NCBI GenBank assembly: GCA_002269645.1
Contig: NIVC01001054.1
Coordinates: forward strand, 268,656 to 332,655
Direction of reading: 5' to 3'
From: Macrostomum lignano
Lineage: Eukaryota
DNA: 64,000 bases
In this document: in pieces, positions 35,901 to 48,182 of the stretch
Numbering within the stretch: position 1 is the first letter of the stretch
Layout: each line of letters starts with the position of its first letter
Program-made: the position numbers and the translations under genes
Notes under the pieces: model-generated
Told to the model about the DNA's origin: nothing
Databases searched by the model: none
Seen by the model: only the letters and a program-made list of their open reading frames with translations

Positions 35901-36329
35901 ACATTAGGTTGACGCTGGAATCGTGCACAGCAGATCAGGTGTTGCAGCCGCCAGGTCGAGTTACTCCTCCTCATCGACGCTCACCAGCTTCGGGTTGGGG
36001 TCGCTGGTACCCATGAGCTCCTTAGCAAAAGGTCCCTGACCATTCGGAAGGCAGCTTAGACGGCATTCGCTTGCCCTTTGCTCAACGACTGCGGGGTCCC
36101 CCGCCTCAGACTGGCCCAATGCCCTGGAGCTCCTTGAGAGTTCTGCCTCGAGAGGGATTGGGCCCATGCAACTGGGACGAGCTGGTGCGCCTGGGCGTTC
36201 CGGGGACCTCTCACCTCAACAAGCTGATTTTTGCTGTGAGAACCGCTTCAGCTGCTCGCTAGAACAGGCTGCGCCGTCTGGTGCTGCGCGCTGGGAGTTG
36301 GCCGCCTCCGCCCTCAGCAAGCATTTATC

Positions 36330-38680
36330 CTAGTCCTCGCGGCCTTACTGCCAGGCGGGGCGGTTCTCTCAGCAGCTGCCAGGACCCCGGCATATGGTGA
36401 GCCCAAAACTGAAAGTCGTGCCTCAGTGCTGTCAGAGTGGCCGTTTTGAGCAGGGTCATGACAATCGGGTTATTTGGAGGCACTACGGTTGATGGTGCAA
36501 ACCACCGCACCGTCGACGTAGCATGGCTTACCTGCAGGCCACCTGCTCATAGAATAGAATGATGGCGAGCAGCGGCAGTACCGTCTCATTGGCGTTGATA
36601 TGCTCGCTCAGGAAGATGCCACCGGCGTCACTGCAGAAGTCGACGAGGCGGAACTCGCGCCGGCCATCAGATGTGCTCAGGATCATACCACCGGCACTAA
36701 CGCAGTAATCTGTCTCGACCGCTGAAAGCACTCGAGCACGTCGCCACAGCTTGTCGGTCGGGAACACTGGAATTGCATGTTGCCAGAACTGCAACTGTGC
36801 CAGAAGCTCGCCGCGCACCGGTACTAGATGATTCTGCTTTGGAATCTCCATGAGTGCGCGAAGCAGGGCCTTCGCAGGTTTGGCCACCTTGCAGAACCAG
36901 TTCAGTTTGCCGACTAGGTGATGAAGGCGACGTTTTTGCAGGCTTTTTGAGTTGGCGCAGTCCTGGAGCAGCTCTCTAAGGCCGTCCATCTTCTCGGTAG
37001 GCAGCGACAGCAGGCCAGTCAATGTGTCGATCTGCACGCCCAGGAAAGTGACCGAAGTGTCTGGGCTCTGCGTCTTGACTCAGTTGATCCAGAAACCCAG
37101 GCAGAAATTTGTGCAGCTGTAGTCCCGGGCAGCTATGCAAAAATCTAGAGGTAGAGGTAGGCGATGACGGTGAATTTTGACAAATGCGAGAGAATTGTCA
37201 GTACAATGTAGCGCTTGACAGCTTGCGCTAGGCGGTGGAATATATGCCGCCGCACTGAAGCTGCACCGAATGGGAGTCGCGTGTCAACCAGGTAGGTTGG
37301 CTGACCGTCCAGCTCAAACGTCCACCTGAAATCCGTCGCCTGGTAGTAGTCTGGGTGCACTTGAGCGAGCGCTTCGGTAGGCGCGGCAAAGGTCGACCTT
37401 GCTGAGGAACCAGCCTGGTGCCAGTTGTGCAAACTTGTGCAGATCATTGAGGCTGTGGCACTGTAGCGCGGACGTGTCTTGAATCCTGGACGTGTCTGCC
37501 TTCGGGATGTCGCCCAGTGGGCTGATGATGGTCGGCCTGGCGATGCCCAAGTCAGTTGCGCAGATGTACTGGGCGGCCACGACCTCCTCCTCGCTGATAT
37601 GCAGTTTAATGACATGCCAATTTGCTTCGCAGCGGGCAAATGCATGATTCTCGAGCTGGAATTCGCTGGTCGGGGAGTCGTCGGTGATGTGAAAGCCATC
37701 GCAAATTCCCGTGCTCAGAAACTCTGCCTCCGAGTAGCCGAGCAAGAGCTTTGGAGTGCAGCCACCAGGTCGGCGGCGAGGTCCGCAGCAGGGCCAGCGG
37801 CAGGGCTAGCGGCAGGGCAAGCGGCAGGGCTAGCGGCAGGGCTAGCGGCAGGGCTAGCGGCAGGGCTAGCGGCAGGGCTAGCGGCAGGGCTAGCGGCAGG
37901 GCTAGCGGCAGAGCATCTGTCTCGCATGAGGGGAAATTGGATATTGGACTGTATTGAGTTATGCTGAAATATTGGACTGTCTAGCAGACGCCGTCCGCTT
38001 AGGACTAAAAATGGACCCGGCTCTTTGATTAGTTGTTTTATTCGGCAGCCACCGAGCCGTGTTGCGGCTTTGAGTGGCTCCCTTCACAGATGCGGCAGAT
38101 GTGGGCGAAATTGCAGGTGTTTCTGTGACAGCCTTTGTTGCTATTGAACAAGCCGCAGATGACCCCAGCAGATGACAGCTGACCCTTGCTCCGGTGACTT
38201 TGGACTCCTTGACTGACGGCCACTGGGCCAGCAGCTCGTAGGTTTTTGGGCGCCGTCATATGCTTGATGATGAGGTTCAGATTGGGGCTGTCCAGTCGCG
38301 CTGTCATAAGTGCTGCTGCAGCCTCATGTCCTGGTCTTACTTAGGCACCAACTTCCAGTCGTAGCACGGTTCAATCAGCTTACCAACGTGGATGTTGAAG
38401 TTGGGGTAGGCACTCAGCCTCTTGCAGTCGGGTTCTCCATCCGTACCGGGCGCCACCATGAGCTGGCCGGTCTCCAGAAGCCGCTGCATGATGCGCGCAT
38501 TGGCAACCATGCACCCACTAGCCGAAGTTGACTCCTGTGTAACGCAGGCATATAACAGAGACGCAAGGCAGGTTCCAAAAAGGGAAACTACCACACCCTG
38601 CTTTGGAACCAAAGGGAAACCATTCGCGACCATGACGATGACCATGACTCGATCTATGACTAAGCGTCCATATCAGCAGT
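36330..38680 (-). mobile_element. DIRS/Ngaro-type (tyrosine-recombinase class) retrotransposon relic: gag, RT, RNase H; no recombinase found
   Basis: Gag zinc knuckle CGLFNSNKGCHRNTCNFAHICRICEGSH. RT motifs GICDGFHI, SPLGDIPK, SLND, SKVDLCRAYR, DTRLPFG, FLGVQID. RNase H motifs VETD, HINANE, AVVCTINRSAS, HHMPG. The YLDD site is disrupted. Confidence 0.82.
37795..37912. repeat. 12-bp tandem GCGGCAGGGCTA, about 10 copies, at the gag/pol junction of the DIRS relic
   Basis: Direct reading. Confidence 0.93.
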
Positions 38681-38684
38681 TACA

Positions 38685-38915
38685 ACAACAACAACAGAAC
38701 AGGGCGCCTCAAGGCCAGGTCGCAAATGAACGCCGGCATCAGCCAGCAGGCAGTCGACGAAACGCCGAGTGCGCGCCTGCTCGCCTGTGGCCTGCCAGCT
38801 GGAGTCGCCGATGGTGCAACAGGTCGCTTGGACGGACCAGGCCGGCGCGGTGATATAAAGCCGCTTTGGTCACTCGCTCGTAGCCAATCTTGAAGGCAGC
38901 GCGCTGCAGGCGCGT
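38685..38915 (-). mobile_element. Second 5'-truncated RTE LINE 3' end, with an internal deletion
   Basis: LQRAAFKIGYERVTKAALYHRAGLVRPSDLLHHRRLQLAGH ... TRRFVDCLLADAG, then a (TTG)n tail; homologous to 33855-34330. Confidence 0.7.
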
Positions 38916-39215
38916 TTGCCTGCGGGAAGTTTGCTAGCCGACGTTTGCCTGTCGAAGTTTGCTAGCCGACGTTTGCCTGCGGGATGTTTGCCTGCGGGAA
39001 GTTTGCTAGCCGACGTTTGCCAGCCGACGTTTGCATGCGGGACGTTTGCCAGCCGATGTTTACCAGCCGACGTTTGCCAGCCGATGTTTACCAGCCGACG
39101 TTTGCCAGCCGACGCTTGCTAGCCGACGTTTGCCTGTGGGATGTTTGCCAGCCGACGTTTGCCAGCCGACGTTTGCGAGCCGACGTTTGCCAGCCGACAT
39201 TTGCCAGCCAACATT
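38916..39215. repeat. Degenerate ~16-bp repeat GCCAGCCGACGTTT
   Basis: Direct reading. Confidence 0.85.
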
Positions 39216-39542
39216 AAGTCAGTGAGTGAAAAATTTGATACTAAAATATTCGCAGTTTAGCGGTTTGAAAAAAACGTTTTTTAACCGGTTATTCGCAATT
39301 ATAAAAGTTCGAAAACAAAATCTATACAAATTATGCAGTTCATCAATCTAACAGCTAGTTTAACAAAAATTTCTTTGAATGTGAAAATATTATAAAGTTT
39401 ACTTCCGACAGTTTTGTATCGCTTTTCCCACTTTGAGATGTTTAATTTTTGATTTGCGAATGAATTGACACGCAAATTTAAACGGGAATCTCCGGCGAGC
39501 CAAGTTTTGAGCAAATAAAAGAACTGCTAGCTTAAATACTAG

Positions 39543-40518
39543 TGTAGTGATCCGCTAGTTGGTGTTAGGCGTCGCGCTTTGTCAGCAGTCGCCCTTGCTT
39601 TCGCCCTCGCCCTGGGTTGCTGTCCGCCGTTGGTCAGCTTCCCGCCTCCCTCCTTTTGTCTGTCTGTTGCTGCTCCCTTCCCTCGTTTTTCCCGTTTTGC
39701 CCCTTTGTTTCTCAGCCCTCAGCTTCTCTCCTGTGGGCTGTCGCTGTTTCGTCAGTCTTGTTTTCCCCTGTCATGTGAGCCAGTCACATGACAGGTCTCT
39801 CGTTCTTGGAGTCCTAAAGTGCAGTAAACAAGTTTACTGCACTCGCTGGTCCTGTTTACTGAGTGAGTCACGTGCTTTCGGTCCCCTCCCTTCTCTAAGG
39901 AGAGGAGTGATTCATGTTGCTAAAAATAGCAACTGAGTCACAGCCGCGTGTACTTCTGCCCGGAGACCCCAAGTGACGTCAGTTCTAAAAATAGAACGAG
40001 TCACGAGATCTTGTGCAATGGGACAGAGGTGAATCCTGCGCTATAAATAGGACCCCTCTCCCCCTTGTTTCCGTCAAGGAGTTTTCAGTTATCAGTATTT
40101 GCAGCCGAGTTCCTGAGATTCTGACTATTCGTCTTCGGAATCTTCTTCTTGTCTAGTTTTCCGGACTTCGTTCAGTTGTCCATTTAAGCTATCTGTAATT
40201 GGCCTGACTAAAACTTAGACGCTCAAGCCTAAGGGAGGCTAACACTGCCTTCCCAGCCACCCCTGAGCCCGGCGGGGATTTGCTGATCAGGACGCCTTGT
40301 TCATTAATCTGCAAATCTGCACGCTGTGCTGAGTTCGTTGACTTGTTTATTTCGTTCCGACGGGAAGCTCACCTCACCGAAGGCCGAGACCTGCACTTTG
40401 AAGGAACTGGTGGCAGCACTACCTACGCTACTAGGAGCTAAGAGAACTTCACTGAAGGGGCTCGAGTCTTAAGGTAATCTTAAGTGCCTAAAACGGGAAG
40501 AAACACCAATCTACTTCA
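39543..40518 (+). mobile_element. LTR-like element, family A copy 2 (diverged relative of 1285-2316)
   Basis: Same TGTAGTGA start and TACTTCA end, same hairpin series and TATA (CTATAAATAG near 40041), and shared 3' blocks. No TSD or PBS found. Confidence 0.65.
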
Positions 40519-40864
40519 CTTCCCAGTTCATTGGGAGATCCAAAAGTAAGTGAATTAATTCCAATGCAGCTTGTCAAGTGCACGCTGTCATGGCCAAACT
40601 CCGTTAAGCAGAGTTTGGCTATTGAGTAAGTAATATACCATTACTACCATTACAAGTCTATACCATTATGGATGTCTCAGTCTTTTCATTTAGCTTGTAA
40701 ACACTTAGCTTGTTTGGCTACTGAGATGGAAAGGGCCATTCCATGGCATACATAGACATCAACTGTGACGGTGGAAACTCCTATTTTGTATTTTTACCTT
40801 TATTTAGGCAGACAAGAGCAATAACTTCAATGTAACCTGTATATTGCTTAGCAGTAGAAGGGAG

Positions 40865-41719
40865 TGTGACGTTGCTAGTTTAAAGTAGTCCCACAAAAGG
40901 GCCGTTGGACTGTAATTTCCCTTGCAATTTCTCACTTAAATTTCTCCAATAGTTTTTTTTAACGTTTACTTATAGTAGCGTGCAACTAATCTGTATCAAT
41001 TGCTAATTCACTGTGTATTTGGAAGGCCTTGCGTTCGTCTGTAAAATTTAGCACGATGATCGATAATTTCAAGTTCTCTCGCCAGCCAATGAAAACTCTC
41101 CGCGTGCTTATTGCTAGCCCTCTGCGCTCTTTATTAACCCCCGCCTGGCGGCGGGCTGGGGGCCTTCACTTGGCTTTCTCTTTGCTTTCTCTTTGCTCCC
41201 TTGCGGCCCTTGTGTTTTCGTCTCGTTTTCCTTCTCTCGCCTGGCTGCCTCGAGCCTCCTTATCTCACGCCACGGCTCCTCTGTCTGGGCCCGCCTGTCT
41301 ACACACCGTTACTCCACTGTGTACTGCCACGGCTCACGCCATTCTCGCCGCTACTTATCCGCCCGTCTACTTGCTACTCACTGCTTCCACTGTGCTCATC
41401 GCCATCACCCACCACGTTACGTCACCATTGTATCCTTCGTCTGCTACTCGACTTCATCATTCTAAATTACCTTCAAAACCTTTGTTGCAGTCGCCAGTGT
41501 CCCAAAGCGCAATAAGTTTTGTATTGACATTAACCAGTTCTAATATTGATCTCAACAATAAATTAACTACGGCAGTTTCCTGCCCTTATACGCCAAGTGC
41601 TCCGCTACACAATCCATTTTGCAAGAATTGACTTCGATTCATTTTGGGACTACAACGACTTACGACAACTCTCGTTAAAACGGCCCTTTTAAGGGTCCTA
41701 GCACGCCAATAACGTGACA
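40865..41719. mobile_element. Solo LTR (855 bp), Gypsy-like
   Basis: TGTGACGTT ... AACGTGACA termini (8/9 inverted match), flanked by a 4-bp TSD GGAG (40861-40864 and 41720-41723). Confidence 0.85.
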
Positions 41720-43748
41720 GGAGCCAGGTGAAATTAGATTAGTGCTATGTCCACAGTTTTCAAATGCAAATACATGTAAGCCTAGAGAGAGCAAACTGCC
41801 GCACACTCAAGACAGTTACCCTATACTTAAAAGACCTGCCTTAACACTTACGGAACACTTGCTAATTATAGCACTCACTTTCTATTTGTTAATAAAAAGA
41901 GCGCTGTTCAGACTGTTTGATAAAAATATTCACTTAGATACATGTATTTCACTAAGCTTATAAACACATCCCATCACCGAATACATATTTTCCATTCTGT
42001 AAAAGATATATGCTGTACATTTTCTTCATGTTTAGTGCAAATTGTGATAAGCAAGGACCACCAGCTGTATATAACTGTTATCGAGTGGTCCTTGTGATCG
42101 AGTTTGTTAATTTTAATTTTGTGCTTTGCCAAACTTATTAACTGCTGCTTTGCCAAATTTAAGTGCACACGTTTGAAAAATGTAAGTGTCACTATTAAAT
42201 TTGATGAAATAAAAATATTTTAGGAGTTGAAAAACTCCTAAAAACACAAAAACAGAAAGAAACAAGCGCAAACGATTGAACAATTTTTATACATGTACAT
42301 GTAGATATCTATAAATTTCAACATTCTCCGTTTCAAAATTCAATTACTTTTAAATCTCTCAGAACTGCATATACTATGCATATACGAATGGTTTATATGA
42401 ACCGAACCGCCACAATTAACAACTGGGATTTATTGCATCGTGCCTTCCTTTTTTTTTTGAAGTTAAAATTTCGCGATGATATTATCGCGATAAATAAGTT
42501 CTACTAAAGTTAGCTGCTGTTGCCACAAAATTAAAAAAACAATTGTATTAGCTTATAGCATTCTGCTATATTAACAATTAAGCATAAAAAAGTTTTGTTA
42601 TAACATTCAAATAATTTAAATTTTAAGATAAAAATGTTCAAATATTGTTTGTCAAGTACTCAAGTTACTGCTATTGACTAACTGCTAACTGAGTATCATA
42701 ATAATATATTATAGCATGCCTGCTAAGTATGAGCATCCGGTATTTTTAAATTTATTGTATGTTTAGGGTATCATATTTTTCATATGGCGAGGGCTAGATC
42801 TTTTATTTTATTTACTGTAGGGTTCGACTTAACTTAAATAATGCTGGTTTGCAATTGCATAAATAGAATAGGCCTACTCCCCAGGCCTACCCGCCTACGC
42901 CTACTACATACCTAAACTAGTCTAGTCCAGTCCTACTCCTAGGCCCACCTAATAGCTAAATAATGCCAATGCCCAATATGCAATCGCTTAGACTAAAGTT
43001 TTAGAAAGGGAGCATTAATAAAGTGTTAAATAGCTTGGCCTAACATTGAATTTTTGTTATCTTAAACCAAAAATCTAAAATAACTATTTGTATCATTGCA
43101 AACTTTTTATTTCCTAATTTAAAATTAATACATTTGACTTATTTTTTAAATTAAACTTATTACTTAGTTTATTTTTTATTTTTATATTATGAAGGCATAA
43201 TTTATACAATTATAGCCAATATAGGCCTATTATAAATACAAAAAAATAAACTAAGTTGAATTAAAAAATATGAGTTAAAATAATGGTCTGCAGTCATTTC
43301 GTCTGCCACCTTTTCGTCTGCCAAAGAATTTTAGCAGACGAAATGACTTTTTTAGTTAGGTTTATTTTGGTTCACTTATTTAGTATTTTTTATGTAGGGA
43401 ATTAAAATAAATTAGTATAAGCGAGTTTTAAGTATGTTTTCTTATTTATATTGATACATTTTGTTTTTCTTCATTCTCTACGAAACCTACAGTGCTGGGC
43501 AAGTTAATCAATTTTTTTAACTCGTTAAAAGTTAAAAAGTTAATTTAATTGCTCCAAAAAAATTAACTGTAACTAGTTAATTATTTAACTTTTGCCCAAA
43601 ATTTAACTTCTGAAAAGTTAAAAGTTAAAGTTAATAATTCCCTAACAGAAAAAGTGACATTTTCCTGGACATGTGTTTGGTATGTTTTTTAAATTTCAGG
43701 TCGGCGTGGCGTGGCTGTGGCCAGGTTGCGGCGCCCTGGGGAGCTTGT

Positions 43749-44724
43749 CAGGGAATACTCCCCTGGGAATTAGACCGGGGACCCTGGGGAGAAAAAAAAG
43801 CATTTTTAACTAAATTTTTGCCATTTAAATAAGAAAATCATTCACAGAAAGCTGATTGAAACTCTGTCTATGCTTTTTTACCACAAAACTGCTTATTTCA
43901 ATGTATTATTTCAAACACAACACACGTTTGAATGGGGGGGGTTCATAAGACCTAAATTTCACAACGCCGAAACACCATACTTCACAAGACCAAAACTTCA
44001 TAAGACCAAAATTTCACGTTGTAGAAAACTTTACAATAAGGATTGTATTGCATGTAGAATTTTTGGCATTGTGAAATTTCGGTCTTATGAAATTAGCGAC
44101 CTGTTTGAATGTTTTTTTTTCATTATGAGTCTTTCAATCAAGCAAATTGAATGTACGAGCGTAGAAACCTGTCAGGAAAAAGAAGCCTTACTGACTATTG
44201 TGTTGGTCTACGTTGACGGCTTGACACATTTGACGCAGGCACAGCGCCATATCCTGTGTCAGTCACTGACGCATAGGGGGGTGTCATACAATAACAAAAT
44301 ACTCCGTATTAGACAGGACAAAATGGTGATTTACATGTATCTGCAAGAAATTAAAATTCCGATTATAAAAACAGTCTCATTCATTAATTATCCTCCCACG
44401 AGTGCAGCTGCTGAGTATGCATTTTCCGCCTCCGGAGTCTGGACCCTTTCTGATAAAGGTGCGCACACAATTTGGTGATGCCATGTTGTCAAATACAGTT
44501 TCAAACAAACATTGCTTAAAGTTTTTACCCTTGCGCCTTGAATATGTAGTCCATCCAAAGCTTTAATCAAAGTTTAAAAAATGCCACTTAGTGACTTATA
44601 AAGATCTAAGTTATCCGCTGTTTTTTACTTATTTTTTTCCCCGGGGTCCCCAGGGTCCCCGGGGAATGACAGTAAATTCCCCAGGTCCCCGATAAGAAAA
44701 TTCCCTGGGGAATCGACATCCCTA
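43749..44724 (+). mobile_element. Decayed hAT derivative nested in 43490-45119, carrying a dimerisation-domain remnant
   Basis: Imperfect (C/T)AGGGA... TIRs with GGGGACC subrepeats. PPTSAAAEYAFSASG at about 44390-44435 resembles the hAT C-terminal motif. No TSD confirmed. Confidence 0.55.
43934..44101. mobile_element. 168-bp palindromic MITE (Mutator-like)
   Basis: TTCATAAGACC...TTTCACAA / TTGTGAAA...GGTCTTATGAA fold-back; 9-bp TSD (C/T)GTTTGAAT with one mismatch. Confidence 0.7.
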
Positions 44725-45144
44725 TGTACAACGATAACTTCTAGTAGTCCTTGGGTAGAATATCAATAGATAATAGTTGAAGATTCCAGAATCTTCCGGA
44801 ATATTCTATACATTATAACTTGTATTTGAAATATATACATGTAATAGTTTGTGACGCATTAAATAATGCTTAGAAAGATGTATTAATTTTACTTTTTAAT
44901 GGCATACAAGCTGTTCAAACCCGCGGATTTTGAACCCGGGGAACTCCATTTCCCGGAATTATTAACTTTTGTCATTTAACTTTAACTTACAGAAAAAAAT
45001 TAATGATTTTTGTTAACTAGTTATTACATAAAAAATTAAACGAAAATTTAACGATTTTTAAAAAAAATTAACTAGTTAATTAACTAGTTAAACAATTAAC
45101 TAGTTAATGCCCAGCACTGGAAACCTAACTAACCTAACCTAATG

Positions 45145-45710
45145 CCACAGCCAGGAAGACGGTAGAATCCTCGGAATTTTCCGGCGCAAATCAGCAATTT
45201 GCCGGTGTACGGCACACACTTCACTGCGCCGCGCGCATGGGCTCGGCGCATCGGCGCATGGCTCGGTGCATCGGTGCATGGCTCGGCGCATGGCGCACAA
45301 GGTATGTCAGTGTACGTGACAATATAATAATGAATAATAAAAAAACGTATATTAAATGTCAATCAATCAATAAAATGAACGATAGTCATCACGATAGTCG
45401 TTATTTCCAATGTTGTTTCTATTTCAAATTTCATTAATCGACTTAACAAACTTAACAAATTTGCACCTTTCGCGGCTTTTGTTGCGTCTTTTTGCTTATA
45501 TTTTGCAAATAGAAGCCATGATTGAACTGCTTGAACTTCCATTGATATTGATTCAATTTAGATACTTAATACTTGATGGTGCTTTTTCAAGTGTATTTTT
45601 CTCGGCGCATGGGGCGCACAAGTAATTTTTTTTTCTCGGCGCACGCGGCGCACAACAAAAATTTTGATGGATGTTATTCCGGCGCACACGCTGCACCTTC
45701 CTGACCATGG
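45145..45710. mobile_element. 566-bp MITE (hAT- or P-like) nested in 43285-46132
   Basis: TIR CCACAGCCAGGAAG / CTTCCTGACCATGG; exact 8-bp TSD ACCTAATG (45137-45144 and 45711-45718). Confidence 0.8.
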
Positions 45711-46867
45711 ACCTAATGCATCGATGCGAAGTTATTTTCTGAGAAAGTGGTGTTATCGATAATTTTTTCACCATGGACGCATGCGTAATTTGTAAAAATT
45801 TTTTACAATTTTACAATTTACAATTTACAAAGTTTTACAATTTTAAAAAATTTGCAATTATTTGTAAAAAGAAAGTTGGAAGGAAACTAAACAATTGGAG
45901 ATATTTGCTTCTGGCTTTGTGTATTTATATGCAACATTTTAGCTCTGGAACTTTCAGAAAAATCCTAGCATTATAATAAATTACAATTAATAAGACATTT
46001 ACATTACACTTCCATGCGAAGCTTGATGACATAATTAGTTATTCTGATTTATATATTATATATATTGGTAGACGAAACAACTATATCGTATATTGGCAGA
46101 CAAAAAGGCGGCAGACAAAATGACCGTCAACCAAAATAATAACATTTATTCATTCATAATTGATGATAATAGACTATTTAAATTTAAGTCTTTGTAGGAT
46201 CTTCCTAAGCATTTTTTATCTTAAAATGTTTAAAAATAAAATAAATGCAATAAAAGTATAAGAATAAATACTCTAATAGGCCTATTTTTATAGCCATAAG
46301 ACTATATATTTGTTTGTAGATTCTAAAATGTACTTTATATTAGAAATTAGGCCTAACATTACTTTATATATAAACAAAAAGTAGAACAAATATATTAATA
46401 TATTATTTATAAAACATTCATTTTAAAAAGTAAAATATATTTTTAATTTTCTTTTATAAGGTTTATTTTATTGGCCTAGGGTTATGTAACTAAGACTTGT
46501 CTACATTGCAACCCTATTGCAGCCAAGGTCTGAACTGCATTAGATGTCACCCTTTCCTTTGCCAGACTACTTATATTGTTAGGGGCTAATTTTTGCCAAA
46601 TGCTATTTGCAATAAAGGCAATTGGTTATAATATAGTATTGCATTTCAACATATAGTATAAGTATACTAGATAACAAAATTAACTATATTAACTATACGT
46701 GTTAGACTAAGGGGGGGGCATCATTTGATAGGCTAACCTTAGCTGCTGCTATACATCTATCTACCTTGCCATCATACCATGCTGCCACACCATGTTAGAC
46801 CACTATACTGTGGCATTATCAAGCTAGTTTATGCCAAATGCCATTTTCCAAAATGTTAATCAATATA

Positions 46868-48182
46868 CAAGGGTTGTTTGGAAAGTCCGCAATCAAACAC
46901 CTCTAACAGTTTAACGGATAGAACAAATGTAACGCTAATCTTCCTGCTTCTCAACGTAGGCACCCTTGAAGCTTATGCACTTGAGCTACCTCTCAGACAA
47001 CTTCTTGATGCTGGCAGCATAGAAATTGGCAGGTGACCCCCTGACCCACTGGCTGATGGCCAATGCCAGGGTCTGTAGAGAGCTGTACCTCGGAGGGTTT
47101 TTTCATCATTTCAAAAAGGCAGAAGTCACTGGGTGCAAGGTCCAGTGAGTAGGGTAGGTGTGGTAGCACCTCAAAGCCTAGGTCTGAAATGGCAGCCATT
47201 GTTGCCTAGCTAGTATGCGGCCTGGCATTGTTGTGCTGAAGCAGATAGCAGGATACCACAGCTCAGCTTGCCACACTGCTGGGCCTTGATGGTTTCACAC
47301 AACTTCTGCAGGACTTGGATATAGTACTCACTGTTTATTGTGGCACCATGAGGAAGCCATTTGATGAGCAGAATACCCTCCTTGTCCCAGAAGATGGTGG
47401 CCATTTGCTTGCCAGCTAAAGGTGCTGTCAGGGCCTTACAGGTGTGGGCTCATGGCTGGCCTTCTACACACTGCTCTGCATCTTGGACTCTAGCTCACTA
47501 TAATGAAACCAAGATTCATCCCCAGTCATAATCTGGTCCAAAAAGTTGGGATCACTACAATATGACTAAAGGAGCTGCCAACACACCTGGACCTGCTCTC
47601 GCTGCTGCTGGTCAGTCAGAAGTTTTGGGACCCAACGAGCAACAACACGTGACATACAGTGCTCAACCATCAGGATTTTTGATTGAATAAAAGGTTGTTG
47701 ATGAGATGCCAGTAATGGTTAACAACTCTCGCATTGTAGCTCGGCAGTCAACATCCGGAGCACAATGCACAAGCTCAATGTTTAACCTGTTGACCATGGT
47801 GGCAGGTTGGCCACTCCGTGGAAGGTCATTGACTGTCTCCCAGCCATCTTCAAAATGCTGAACCCACTTGTTGACCATTGTTTTTGATGGTGCACATTTG
47901 CCATACGTTGCTTGCAACTCGCAAAGAATTTCTGCCTGTCACTTTCCTTGTTTCCACAAAAACCAAATGAAACTTTGCTTTGCTTCTTTGTTATTCAGCA
48001 TAGTGATGGAATTCGTGTGTGACAAAAAACACTGCAAGAAGGAAATTCCTGGCTCAAACAAGACCACTCTTGATTTAAAACATTGAGGGTATGATATTTG
48101 TCTATGGTATAAAGTTTCAAGACAAAGTAGTGACTAAAAAAAGATATGCATGTTTGATCGTGGACTTTCCGAACAACCCTCG
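46868..48182 (-). mobile_element. Full-length (1315 bp) inactive mariner transposon
   Basis: TIRs CAAGGGTTGTTTGGAAAGTCC / GGACTTTCCGAACAACCCTCG, with TA TSD. Transposase fragments VNKWVQHFEDG...DLPRSGQP, MATIFWDKEGILLI, HLPYSLDLAPSDFCLF, broken by stops and frameshifts. Confidence 0.93.

Larger units (their letters stand above)
43490..45119. mobile_element. hAT-type non-autonomous element nested in 43285-46132
   Basis: TIR CAGTGCTGGGCA ... TGCCCAGCACTG; exact 8-bp TSD GAAACCTA (43482-43489 and 45120-45127); TTAACTAGTTAA subterminal repeats. Confidence 0.9.
43285..46132. mobile_element. Non-autonomous TIR element (GG...CC termini; Merlin- or Mutator-like), outer member of a nest
   Basis: TIRs with GTCATTT(C/T)GTCTGCC...GTCTGCCAA subrepeats; exact 8-bp TSD AAAATAAT (43277-43284 and 46133-46140). 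Confidence 0.82.

Noticed and set aside
36100-36170. LKELQGIGPV as a helix-hairpin-helix motif (EEPD1/ComEA-like fusion with the downstream endonuclease)
   Set aside because: It is a short match bounded by a stop, and the endonuclease has LINE-type motifs (QIN..., GDVNVHH..WG). Chance is more likely.
41029-41631. 200-aa ORF, and ORF 43870-44478
   Set aside because: They lie inside a solo LTR and inside nested MITEs. Only the short hAT dimerisation remnant looks protein-like.
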